Source: Craspedostauros australis
Lineage: Eukaryota
NCBI GenBank assembly: GCA_030167865.1
Contig: JALAGF010004074.1
Coordinates: forward strand, 1-64,000
Direction: 5' to 3'
Length of the DNA stretch: 64,000 nucleotides
Shown: positions 46,087-58,256 of the stretch, in pieces
Position numbering within the stretch: position 1 is the first letter of the stretch
Layout of the letters: every line of letters starts with the position of its first letter
The notes under the pieces: generated by a model
The model's database searches: none
Told to the model about the DNA's origin: nothing
The model's input: the letters and a program-made list of their open reading frames with translations, nothing else
Made by a program: the position numbers and the translations under genes

Positions 46087-48630
46087 ATGAAGTTCTCCGC
46101 AGCCGTCGCCCTCCTCTGCGTTTCGTCCGCGACCGCCTTCGCTCCGCAGCCAATCGGAGGCAAGGTGAGCACCATCGAGTGCCTTCCGTTTTGTGTGGAT
46201 GGATCGTCCCATGGCCGTCTCGTTCATGCCGTTGTGCTCGTGCCTGACAGCGGTTGGGGCTTCCGCAATTGCGATTGCATCGAAGATCTGGATTTGGGGA
46301 CACGATGGATGCACACGGCAATCCAGGTTGCGATGCAGCTGTGCGGCATGGCGCGGTATCGTGCAACACAGCCATGTGGTGCCCAAGGATCGTGGATCCA
46401 ACTTGGTGCCCATGGCAGTGAATCTTCATTGATGTCGGCTTGGCGCTCATGGATTCGATGATGGGAACCGTTTGTTGATTGGATGACATGCGAGGACCGC
46501 AATCGCAGCCATCACATTTGTTGCAACTGGAGCACCCTCCATGGACACACAATCAAACTCACACAAGCTCTGCACCCCATCCAATCACAACCAATCACAA
46601 CCATCCCAACCTCACAACCGTCTAAACTCACATCACAACACATCCGCAAATACAGGCCACCAAGCTGTTCAGCGATCCAAACCAGAACCCGTTCGGATCC
46701 TACTACCAGAACAACCCGGCCCCGCAGCCGGCACCGGCCCCAGCTCCGGTCGCCCCACCAGCCGCTGCGCCAGTCCAGCCAGCAGCTGCAGCAGCGGATG
46801 CCAACCAAAACCCATTCGGAGCCGCCAAGTCCCTCGAGTGGGGAGGCAATGATGCCGATCCAAGCGCCAAGACCGTGCGTCTTCGTGACCGTCTCCAGGA
46901 GGCCGATGTCGAGCGCCGTAAGGAGCAGGACGCCGCCGATGCCCGCGAGCGTGCCGCTGAGATCCGCCGCGAGGAGCGCCTCAAGAAGATCGCTTACATG
47001 AACGACATGCCGGACTCCACTCCAGCTGGAACTGGTACGTATCGATGAGATGAGATGAATTGAGATGAGATGAGATGAAATGAAATGATCTCTGCTTTTG
47101 ATCTGTTCCGTGTTGTTGTCTTGTTTTGGCTCTTCATCCGTGTGCACAACCGTCTCATCCAAACCATTTGAAATCGCTCTCAATTTCACCTTCAAACAAC
47201 TTTGCTCATCGCGACTTCGTTGACGTTCACGGCCACGTGGATGTGGATGTCGGGAATGCGGGCGTTGGGTTTCCTTGGTGCTTTCAATGTGGACGCAAAC
47301 GGATCAACTCCATGATCGAACAATCGACCGATCCATGGGTAACCATTGTCGTTAACGTCAACGTCAACGAATACGGGGGCGCCATTGGGTATGGGAATGC
47401 GATGAAACGCTGGCACATTGTGCTACACAATACATTTCGTTCAACCGATGCTACGTGGGAAATCATCATCACTTGGCGATATGGACTGCGATTTGTCCTG
47501 GGAAATTCACACAATACTTCTTCGTGGAACAAATCACCGAATGAATGGATCAATGGTCGACAATTGCAATGGCAATCCACGCATTGATGTACGGTATCGC
47601 GTGGCATCATGTGGATTCATATCTCCATCGTATTGATTGGATTCAACCGGATTCGATTGGATTGAATTGAAACCAACCCGCAAACAACACATAACAACCA
47701 ACACAACATTCGGTAACGCATGCAAACGCAGTCGATGAGTTCATGTTCAAGGAGGGTGTCCAGGACCAGCTCACCAAGCTCGATGCCGAGCTCGTTGGAC
47801 TCCTCCCAGTCAAGAAGCGCGTGAAGGAAATCGCTGCCCTTCTCGTCCTTGACAAGATGCGCCGCAAGCTCGGTTTCGAGACTTCCGTCCCATCCCTGCA
47901 CATGTGCTTCACCGGTGCCCCAGGAACCGGAAAGACCACCGTCGCCGTCCGCATGGGACAGATCCTCGCCAAGATGGGATATTCCCGCCGCGGACACGTC
48001 GTCCTCGCCACGCGTGACGATCTCGTCGGACAGTACGTCGGCCACACCGCACCAAAGACCAAGGAGATGATCAAGAAGGCCCTCGGTGGCGTCCTCCTCG
48101 TCGATGAGGCCTACTACCTCTACAACGCCTCCAACGACCGCGATTACGGTCAGGAATCCATCGAAATCCTCCTCAACGTCATGGAGACCCAGCAGGAGGA
48201 TCTCGTCGTCGCCCTCGCCGGTTACAAGGACCGCATGGACTCCTTCTTCTCCTTCATCCCAGGTATGATGTCCCGTATCGGAAACCACGTCGACTTCCCC
48301 AACTACAGCGCCGATGAGCTCGTCCAGATCGCCGCCGTCATGGCCGACCAACTCGAGTACGAGATCGAGGACAGCGCCTACCCAGTCTTCAAGTCGTACA
48401 TCGAGAGACGCATGGATCTTCCATTCTTCTCCAACGCTCGTACCGTCAGAAACGCCATGGACCGCGCCCGTATGAACTCCGCCATCCGAACGTTCGAGCG
48501 ATTCGCCATCCAGGGCGAGAACGGCGGCGTCTGCTCCGTCAACGACCTCAAGGCCATCACCGCCCACGACTTCCAGGTCCTCCTCGACGATATCCTCAAC
48601 GCTGATGTCGACAAGCGCATCTTCGCTTAA
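46087..48630 (+). CDS. cbbX: Nuclear-encoded plastid CbbX (red-type Rubisco activase, AAA+); exons 46087..46164, 46656..47034, 47732..48630
   Basis: Signal peptide plus ATA-FAP, 'ELVGLLPVKKRVKEIAALL', GAPGTGKT, 'DDLVGQYVGHTAPKT', 'LLVDEAYYL', 'DYGQESIE', 'FSNARTVRN'. Confidence 0.93.
47045..47088 (+). repeat. Imperfect (GATGA)n pentamer repeat in CbbX intron 2
   Basis: Seen directly. Confidence 0.8.
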
Positions 48631-49373
48631 GCAAAGAGCAACGAAGGACAGGAATGAAACGCGGCAGTTGAGCTCATGTACTGGGCCTGACGGACTTGGC
48701 TGGCTACATACCATGCGTTCATGATTGGACGGATGCTTTGGAAGAATGAATGAATGACGAATGACCAGAAGGGTGCCTTGGAAACAAACAATAGCATTTT
48801 AACCAAATTGAACGTTTTTCTGCGCAAACTCCCAATGATCCTCCTTCCTTTGATGACGACGGTGAAGCATCGGATGTGATGTTCTTTGAGCTTGAACCTT
48901 CGCGATCATTGTAGTTGAATGTTGCATCGCACTTGCGATCAACATCTGGAATGAAGATACCAACCGGACGAAGCAGAGTGCTATTCTCCTCAGATGGAGT
49001 CATGCTGTACTGTTGGAGGATACCCTTACGTAGTCTGGCCATGCGTCCGTGGCTGGCAAAGTTGTGCCTTCGTTGCCTGCGAATCGTCTCCCGCCAAAAA
49101 AGCGAAATGGTCGAAAAGGGAGGCGAGATTCGTGACACCTCTCGGTGGTGCTCTTTGCGGTTTCTTTGGATCGGCACGTCACTGCGACTCTCTCTCTCTC
49201 TCTCGTGACGCCAAACAGCCAAAGACGGTCCGTGCTTGAGTCATTTCTGCCATTTTGCACTTCTTGGACTGACTCCTGTGCCTCGCATTCATCCCATCAA
49301 ATTGCATCCTCTCTACTTGCATGACATTGAGTTGCATCGCATTAAGTTGCATTGTATGAGTTGAGGAGAGACG

Positions 49374-52300
49374 ATGGGCAAAGGAAAGAAGCAACGCGAG
49401 AAGGCGAAGCGGCTGGCCAAGCTCAACAAGCTGCGGGGCATTGACTCGGCAGGCAACGCCCTCTCGCCGAACGGATCGAGAAAGCAGCAGGACTCTGGGC
49501 TTCTCCCAAAATCACCAACTCCATCAGCAGGAACAGGAGCAGCAGCTGCATCATCGTCGTCGTCATTGTCGACCTCACCGAAGAGAAGCCTGCTGGATGC
49601 TCTGCGAACCGTCAACGGCGACAGCAAGCACAATGCGGGCCACGGCCTCGCACACAAACGCAAGAGGAAACGCATCGACTTTGTATTGCCCAGGAAGCTG
49701 GGCAGCAAAACGGAGGACTACATCTTCCACAAGCATGGCAAGCCGATGCTCAATGAGATCCTCGCACCCATCGACGAGCATTCCGATGAAGACAACGATA
49801 GCGAAGATTCCACGGCTGCCGAAAAGCACCGTGAGCGAAAGCAGATGTTAAAATCCCAATCCATTGACGACATCCTCAACGGACCATCCAGATCATCCAA
49901 GATCACCAATGCTCAGCAGCAGAAGCAGCAGCAGCAATCCAAACAGAAGCAGAAGCAGAAGCAGAGGGAGAAGCAACTGTCTCCACGAAAGGAGAACGGG
50001 GCGGACAACGGCAAAGCGCGCAAGGCACCTTCTGAGCAGGCAAAGGACCAAGCCATGAACGATGCCAACGGAAATGTGTCACCAAAGTTGCCAAAGTCAC
50101 CAAAGAACTCAAGGAACTCAAACAATCCAGAGGTCGCAGCCAATGGAGAGAGAATAAAGAACCACTCCGACCAGGCGGATGCCCAATCAGCAGACAATGC
50201 ACCACAACAAACGCCACCCAAAAAGAAAAGGAAAAAGACGAAGAAAGCCACCGACTCGCCGGTCAAGGATGGGCAGCAGAGCCACGGACCGCCAGTCACG
50301 TCGCTTGAAGCACAGCTGTCTGGTCGGTCGGTGGAAGATGCCGTCCGCGATAAGGTGGGTTTGAGACCACGCGCCAACTCGACGGACGGTGAACTCAACC
50401 TCCCGCAACGTGGGCTCTGCGATGAACGCATGGCGCTCGCAGCTCACAAATGGCCCGTCGGTTCCAACTTCACAGGCAAGGCCATGCCGAAGGGATTCCA
50501 CAACCTCGGCAACACCTGCTTCCTCAACAGCACATTGCAATGCCTTGCCTATCTGCCACCGTTCTGCCAATCGCTCATCACGATCGCCGAGACCAAGCTC
50601 GGGGAGAGGAGCGGCATGAGCACCGACAAGCTCACCCCAGGACAAAAGATCACCAAGATCTTGTGCCGTCTGTTCCAAAACGTCCACGGTTTCAACAACA
50701 AGTATGCTGGTCAGCACGCCATCGCTCCGGAAGGCATAGTCCGGTCGCTGCCAAACCTCACCCGCTGCGGTAGCAGGACGGGATACAAGTTCCGCCCAGG
50801 TCGTCAGGAGGACGCTCATGAATTCCTCATCCATCTCCTCGATGCCATGCACGATGGCGAGTTGCGAGGCGCCGGCATCAACCAGCACAAGAGCGGCTGG
50901 AGAGATCGTCTACCCGTCCCGCGACTGGATGAGACCACTTTCATCCACCGCATCTTCGGCGGGTACCTTCGCAGCCAAGTCAAATGCACCGACTGCGGAT
51001 ACTGCAGCAACACCTACGACCCCTTCCTCGACCTGTCGCTGGAGGTCAGCAAGAAATCATCCAGCAGCCTGTCACGCGCCTACATTGAATTCACGCGCAG
51101 GGAGACGTTGGATTCGGAGAACAGGTGGAAATGCTCAGGATGCAAAAAGCGCGTGTGCGCTTCCAAGCAACTGACCGTCTTTCGACCACCGCTCGCACTC
51201 TGCGTCCAGCTCAAACGATTCAGCTTCGGTGGCGGGTTCGGACTCGGCATGTCGCCATTCTCTATGGGTGGTGGAGGCGGCTGGAAGTACGGCAAGCATG
51301 GCTTCAAGGGGCGCGGCGGCGGCGGCAAGATATCCAAGCCGATCGAATTCCCCGCCAATCTCAACCTCCCCATGAGCGACAAACGATCCTGCGCCTACGC
51401 TCTCACTGGCATCGTTATTCATGTTGGCGGCAGCGCGAGTTCCGGGCATTACACCGCATACATCAAGAAACCAGGCAAGAATGGATCGAGCCAGTGGTAC
51501 CACGTGGACGATTCCTACGTCGAACCGGTCTCTGAAAAGACCGTACTGAGACAGAGGGATGCGTACCTCCTGTTCTACAGCAGAAAGGAAGTCAAGTTGG
51601 AATTGCCATCGCCACCGCCCAGAAGTTCCATGTCCGCAGAAGAGGCGAAGCGCGTGGGCAAGGTCAGAGCGCGTGCCCGAGCCAACAGCTTGACAAGCGA
51701 AGGAGATGAAATGAATGTTGCCGGCCTGGATGTCGCTCATCCCGCACTGGCAGAGAAGTCCAACCCGGCTGGCGGCAAGAAGGCGCCCGTCTTGCCATCC
51801 GCCAAAGACGATGCCAAAGCCAAGACGCTGATGGAAAAGCAATCACCACAGAAACAGAAACAGACAAGAACTGAATCTCGAACAAACGCCAGCAGCGACT
51901 CCAACAGCGACTCCAGCGATGAAGCATCTGATGCAACGTCGGAATCCAGCTCCTCCGACGTCGACAGTGTCGAGAAGGTATTTCCTAAGATGTCTGCGGG
52001 AAATACAGCCGAACTCTCGCAAACGAGCGATCGCAACAGCAAAGGCAACAAAGCTCAGAAGGGAATGAAAGAGAAATCTAAGAGGCACGACACACAGGCA
52101 GAAGGCAAGTCGCAAAGTGTGCCCGAGACAGCATCAAAGGCCATCAGCAGAAATGATGGTGTTAGCGGTAGCGGTAGCGGTAGCGACAGTACCAGCGGCA
52201 GCTCCTCAAGTTCTGATTCTGATGACAGCTCGAGCTCCGGTTCCAGCTCATCATCAGACTCCAATTCGTCGTCATCGAACGACAGCACTGATAAGAAGAC

Positions 52301-53318
52301 GAATGCAGCCGTCAATGGAAATGTGGCTGACAAGTCGATGAACGATGAACAGCAAGCAATTATATCCTTGAAGAAGATCGTCGAGAAAGATAATCAAGGC
52401 GAGGTCGCATCATCAACTTCATCACAACAAGCACGAACGAAAATTGTGCTGAACCAAAAATCTTCACGAGAAAAGATCCAGGTCATGATCGGGCCGAGAC
52501 GGAACAAGAAGATTTGGAAAACGAAGGCCACCAGCCACAGGAAGCGTGGCAAGGGTTATGAGTTGCTTGGCAATCTCGGCGTATCGAGATGGGATGACGA
52601 TGATGACGCTGCTGGAACTAAAGATAGCGACGATAGCTCGTCCAGGACCAACGGCAACGCGTCGACGACAGCAACAGCGAAGCGAAAGATGGTGCACGGC
52701 ATCCAATCCAGAGATAAAATTATTGCCAAGATCGCCAAACAGGACAAGTCGAGGAAACGCGACATGCAATTGGATCGATGGGATTCGGTGCTTGATCAAG
52801 GAAAGGTACGCTGCTGCTGGCATAATGAAGGCACCACGAGCATCTTGTCAAGGCAACATCATTTCTGGCCATCGCACTGGGCAGCAATGCGGGTGGAGCA
52901 GGCCCACGGTTGAAACCGAAGTGTTCTCCCATTGTGTACGAATTTGAGGCAAGACGTGCCAGAACGCATTGACTATCTCAAGTTTGATTGCGCTTATATC
53001 CATGCGATTATATTTGTGAACACCATCTGATCAATGAAACGAAATCCTCAACTCCTCCTCTTGGGCATGCGCCATACTCGCACTGCATCGACAATGCACG
53101 TGACTCTGTCAATACAGCAAAAGAAGGTCAAGATGAAGCAGGATTTGGGCGATTTCCCGCGCAACCCAGCGGGCGGCAAGCAGGCGAACCGATTCGAACG
53201 CATCCAGCAAGGAATCATGTCATTTGGCAGAGGTCGTCAGAAGGGATACAACGGAGGGTCCAAGTCTCCTCAGAACCGGAAAAGGCACAAGGGAAACAAG
53301 GGCAAGATGAGACGGTAG
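49374..53318 (+). CDS. Ubiquitin-specific protease, USP36/USP42-like; exons 49374..52805, 53118..53318
   Basis: Cys box GFHNLGNTCFLNS, QEDAHEFL, His box GHYTAY. Basic nucleolar-type termini 'WDSVLDQGK|QKKVK'. Confidence 0.9.
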
Positions 53319-53498
53319 GGTTGCACTTGGAATCGATGTGTGCACGAGCCTGCCTTTGCACTTTCTGTGCCACACTAGGATGGTACGTGCACACACTTTG
53401 ATACTCCAGAGCGCGAGTACGATTCTCGGCTTGACTCCTCTTCATCCTGTGCTATCGTAGTACGGGCACGCGTGTTGTTGATTCGTGGATCTACCATA

Positions 53499-56400
53499 CT
53501 ATGGAATTACTGCAACCTTGATGGCTTTGTTGGAGCAGATCTTCAGTTGGTATGAGCCAGTCTCCCCTTTGTGAAAGTTCGAGACAATGAGCGCGTATCG
53601 GCCTGGCCCCAACTGCGTTTGCTTGGTGAGAGTGAATCCGTGACGGTAGCTTCCAGATTCAATAGTCATCCTTCCGCTCTTCATTACAGCCTGTCGGAAG
53701 TTGCCTCCCTGTGATGGGATTCGCACCAGCATCAGATGGACTGGGATGGCACAGCATTGAAGAGCGTTATCAGAGACGATTGCCGTCGAAGAGAGTGCAT
53801 GTAGTAAATCACGGCATGGTATTACCGTACGAGTACAGATAAGGGGATACCATACGTTCGTAGAGCATGGAGCAGTCATACAAATCGACAGACGAAAAGA
53901 GAGAGGGAGAGGTCATAGTGAGATGTGAAATGATCTTCGCCGTTTTGTGTAAGCCTGGCAAGTATTTCACCGCAACAGACCCAACAGCATTGTACCATTC
54001 TAGTCGGGGTGCAAGGAAGACACCGATCTCTGCTGCGTCCACATACACGCTCCCGCACGCAGCACACTCACCTGGTAGCACCTTCGTCACCGTGCACCGA
54101 GCCTGGAATGCCGTCCTATCTTTTTCATCCTTGATGTCGATGAGGTACATGGGGTTGTTAAAAAATGCATCTTGCCCTGTCGGACCACCCGCTGACTGCG
54201 CTGTCCATTGCGATGAGATGTCATGTATTGGCGGCAGGTCCTTCTGTGGCTGCACCAGAGTGAATGGTTCCGTACACATCACCGACAGCGTGTACCCCAT
54301 GTCGTTTGTCTTTTGGTATTGAGACAGCACGATCGAAATGAAGGCATCCTCGGGGCCGGATGCGTCGTAACATGCCAGCACGTGGGAGTTGTTGGTGTAC
54401 GCTCCATGGACGAGCGTCCTTTCATCTTGGCCCAACCAGATGCGTTCCCTCTTGCTCGAGTTCCGAACCAGATGCATCGTCAAGAATTCGTCCACCTGCA
54501 ATGGAATTCAATGCAATGCAATGTTTTGGAACGTTGTCACGTCACCACATCATGTCATGATGTGGAATCGCGCAACATGCCCGATTCGTTGTCGTTTCCA
54601 TGTTCATCAATGTGCAAAGCGACGATGAGCAAGTTAGAGTTGAATTTGGTATTTGCATGTTGATTGTTTCATGACGATGTTCCCTCTCAACAGCATACGA
54701 GCACAACGCGTGCATCATGTGAGTTGACTTACCTCGCAGCCTTGCTGTTCCTGCTTGGTGACATGGCGTGAGAGGAGGATCCACGCAGTCGCCTTCTTCT
54801 TGATGGCGGCATCACTGAAGGAGAGGATGTACTGCGGATTCTCGCCGACATCGAATGTATCCTCAGGAGTTCCTCGTTCCTTCTCCCACATCTGGTGGGT
54901 TGTCACACGGAACGGGAACAAGCGTGGATTCCACGATAACTGCATGTTCTTGAAGTAGCGCAGCACGTCGCTCCATTCAATCCAGAACACACCGTCGTCA
55001 TGCTTCCTTGCCTCGTCAGGATTGTAACCGACCTCATGCCGCAGATTGTTTTTGTTCCAATTGGCGGAGTCGTGGCTTGAGAATGCTCCTGTCCAGCCCT
55101 GTTCGCGTAAGAAGTGCATGCAATCCGTCATTCGGTACGTTGGTTGGTGGGTTGGTGGGTTGGTGGGTTGTTGGTGCGTTCGTTCGTGCATTCGTTCGAT
55201 TTTCCACACCGCAGATGCAGCATGATGACGGAGATCGCAATGTGTTAGTCAATGACATAATTGTCATGGCAGGCGTAGGATCGTAACTCTCTGCACACAC
55301 ATACGAGTAAGATAACGGTCAGACACCAGCAGGCAACTTGGAAAGATCCTGCACAATCGAGGTCAGGAATGAATTCGCCCATGGTCTCTTCCATGTTGCG
55401 GCTTACCTTGGAGGCCCACGGATTCTTCATTTGCAACAATCGCACGCCGCTCTTGCTCTGCACCACGCTGAGGACGGCATAGGCGTGCCCAGTCACCAAT
55501 CCAAGCCGATCTGCATCCGCATCGACCAGGTCGTTTGTCGTCGACACGGTGATGAGGCAATCTCCGAAGGAGCTGGCGCTGTACAGACGCACCCAGGCAC
55601 GCTCGGGGTCCGTCTCGTGGTCCTTCAGTGCAGGTGGGTTGGATGGGAAGAAGATGCGCTCCGGGATCCATCCAGTCAAGGAGAACAGGTCGATGCCGCT
55701 GTTGGACCCCGGAAAGTCGTATCCTCCACAGAGCTTCATGTACGCCTTCTCGATGATCGGCACCCAAAGCTCCAGCTGGTTCTTGCTACCGCTTGTTTCG
55801 GAACACAGCAGGTTCCCGTGTTTGTCTACCGGCAGCTTGTCGTCGACGATGACCTGGCGCGCAACACCGTTCAACCACAGCTTCACCATGTACTGGCCGC
55901 TTGGATTGTACATCGGCTGACCGTCGGCATCTTGCGGGTAGATGATGGATGTGATGAGGCTCTGCCGGTTGAATCCGTTGGCACAGATGCAAAGGCTGGC
56001 GATGAAGGAGCAGTCTGTCACGTACTGCTGTCGGATGGTGTACGGCGAGATTTGCCTGATCATCACTGGCGTTCGCTGCTTGATCCCGTACCGGTCGCGC
56101 AAATTCACAATCTCGCTCGGCCGTGCCCAGCGATGGAAACGCTTCAGCTGCTTGTCCGCAAGCTTTAGCTCACCTGCTGGGTCTGTGAACAACCGGGGCG
56201 TACCATGCCTGTTCACGCGTGCCATCTTGGATAGGTTGAACGCATCCTCGTCCGACCAAGGCAAGAAAACCCCAGAAGCAATCAGCGAAGATCGTTTCAG
56301 CAACTCAATCTCTGTCCGGGTTAACGTGGCGGTTGATGCCGCAGACGATGATGACGATGATGACGACACCGATGAGGCTGCTGTCAGATTGCGAAAGCTG

Positions 56401-57113
56401 GCTGATGCGGAACCTTGCTTGGCCATGACGCGATTTCCCTTATAGGTCTTGAGAACTTCCACACGATCCAGAGCACCATCCAACCTTCCAACGATCCGTT
56501 GCTTCATCATGGCATTGCCCTGCTCCTCCAGATCCTTGATGACAGACAAGTACAGCTCGGCGCAACCCATGTAGGCCTGAATGGCTGTCTTGAAGTCTCC
56601 ATTTTCATCCAGATCGATGGCCTGCGCCAACATTTCATTTGCTCGCTTGGTGGTGCCATTCACGTTCTTTCCGTTCGAGAAGAATCGCTGGAACGCCAAA
56701 AGCTTGGGCTTTTGCCGCTGTTGCTGTTGTCGGGCTTGGCCGTTGTTCGCGCCCATGCCTCTGTTTTGGCTGCTGCTGCTACTAAATCCAACAAGCGTCG
56801 CACGTGGTGACAATGAGCTCACCCCATGCTGCGCAACTGCGCCGCGACCGCGGGAGCCGGCGTCGTGGAGATCTTGTTGATTGCCCGCGCTCACGAGCTT
56901 CTGCGCGATCTTCGTGTAGTGTTCGATGTTCTCGTAAAGCAGCGCCTTCGTCTTGTCATTCTCCTCGGTCGGTGGCAATCTCTGCACGTAGCTCTTCATC
57001 AGATACACCGCTTCGAAGTACTTCGTGCCTGCGTCAATGTCATTCCCACCCTCTTTCTTCAGCTTCGTCGCTGCCTCCAGCAAGCCGAACACAGCATCGA
57101 GGCTCAGCGACAT
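53499..57113 (-). CDS. Calpain-7/PalB-like cysteine protease with MIT domains; exons 57113..55407, 55098..54733, 54495..54072, 53740..53499
   Basis: Two MIT-like bundles, catalytic triad QQYVTDCSF / GHAYAV / KNPW, calpain domain III 'SAGG...NNPMY'. Introns keep frame. Confidence 0.9.
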
Positions 57114-58256
57114 GATGATACTTCTTTCCCAGTGTTTGTGTGTCGGTTCTTGATCTCTCGACAGAGAGCAGTGTTGTTTCAAGTCAGTGACACGTAAAGA
57201 TGAGAATGGATTGTTGATGGTGGTTGGGGAATCTGCCTCTGGGGCGAGCAGCTCGTGCGGGCAGAGGCGACCAAGAGTCTGCAGATGGCGCCAGCGACTA
57301 CAAATGATTGAGATCAAGGTTCGTGGAAGCACGGACAACTGTGAAGGTTTCTTGGCGCGATCATCTTTTTCGTTTTTGTTCGCACCCCTCGCGATTCTTT
57401 GTTCGTGTTTGGATTCAAATTGTCTTGAGGCATTTTAGTCGGGACGGTCGAATCGTGGAGATTTGGCGATCGTGTGACATTTGAATCTTGCACGAGTCAA
57501 TCGAGAACGATCAGAGCGTGGTACCATTCCTAAAACTAGAGAGAGGTTGTGCCATCCGATACGACTACTAAATGTTGTGTTGGCAGAGGATTGGCCACAT
57601 CATGACGGTGCAGAGCACTTGTTTCTCTATTTTGAAGTGGGAATGTCCCATACGAGAGCGATGAAATCGGGCGTCTGAAGGCGGTTGTAGCTGTGTGCCG
57701 GCTTTGAAGCACTCTGTGATTGCGAAAGATGGAGGCACACGCCCACCGGAGTGCCATACTCTTCCGGTTCTGCTCCACCCATTGCGGTTGCCCATGTTCT
57801 GCACAAGGGCCTTCTTGTGGAAGAGAAAGGAAGAAAAAGCGTTCCGATCGTGATGTGAGGTCATCTGCAGCTGTGCATCCAGGAACATCCGCGACTTCCC
57901 GCTCCAAGACTCCAGCAAGCCAATACTTCGACCTCGCTCGAGATCGACTTTCACCTGACTCCCTGCCCGTACCGCACGACCTACAAACGGGAACTCTTGG
58001 CGACTTGGAACAACTTCGCAGACGAGGTCTCTATTTTGTTGTGTGATGTCTGTGCTGTCTTCACGACACTGTCTATGTATGCCACCATATGACTAGGTAA
58101 ACATGAGCACCGACCAGTGCACTGGAGTACTCTACCATGCTTTCAATTCAACTCTTCACTCGTACGTATTGCACGTTGCTGAGGCATCCTCCTCGTACGC
58201 TGCCGTCAAGAGAGACCATCAGCCAATCAATGACCTGCATCAGGATTGCAGCGCGT

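Noticed and set aside
46674-46820. NPF motifs of CbbX as ligands for the EH-domain protein in this window
   Set aside because: CbbX is predicted plastid-localised and the EH protein cytosolic.
57200-58250. Short ORFs between calpain and the FYVE-lipase gene
   Set aside because: No motifs or coding bias; likely promoter and 3' UTR.
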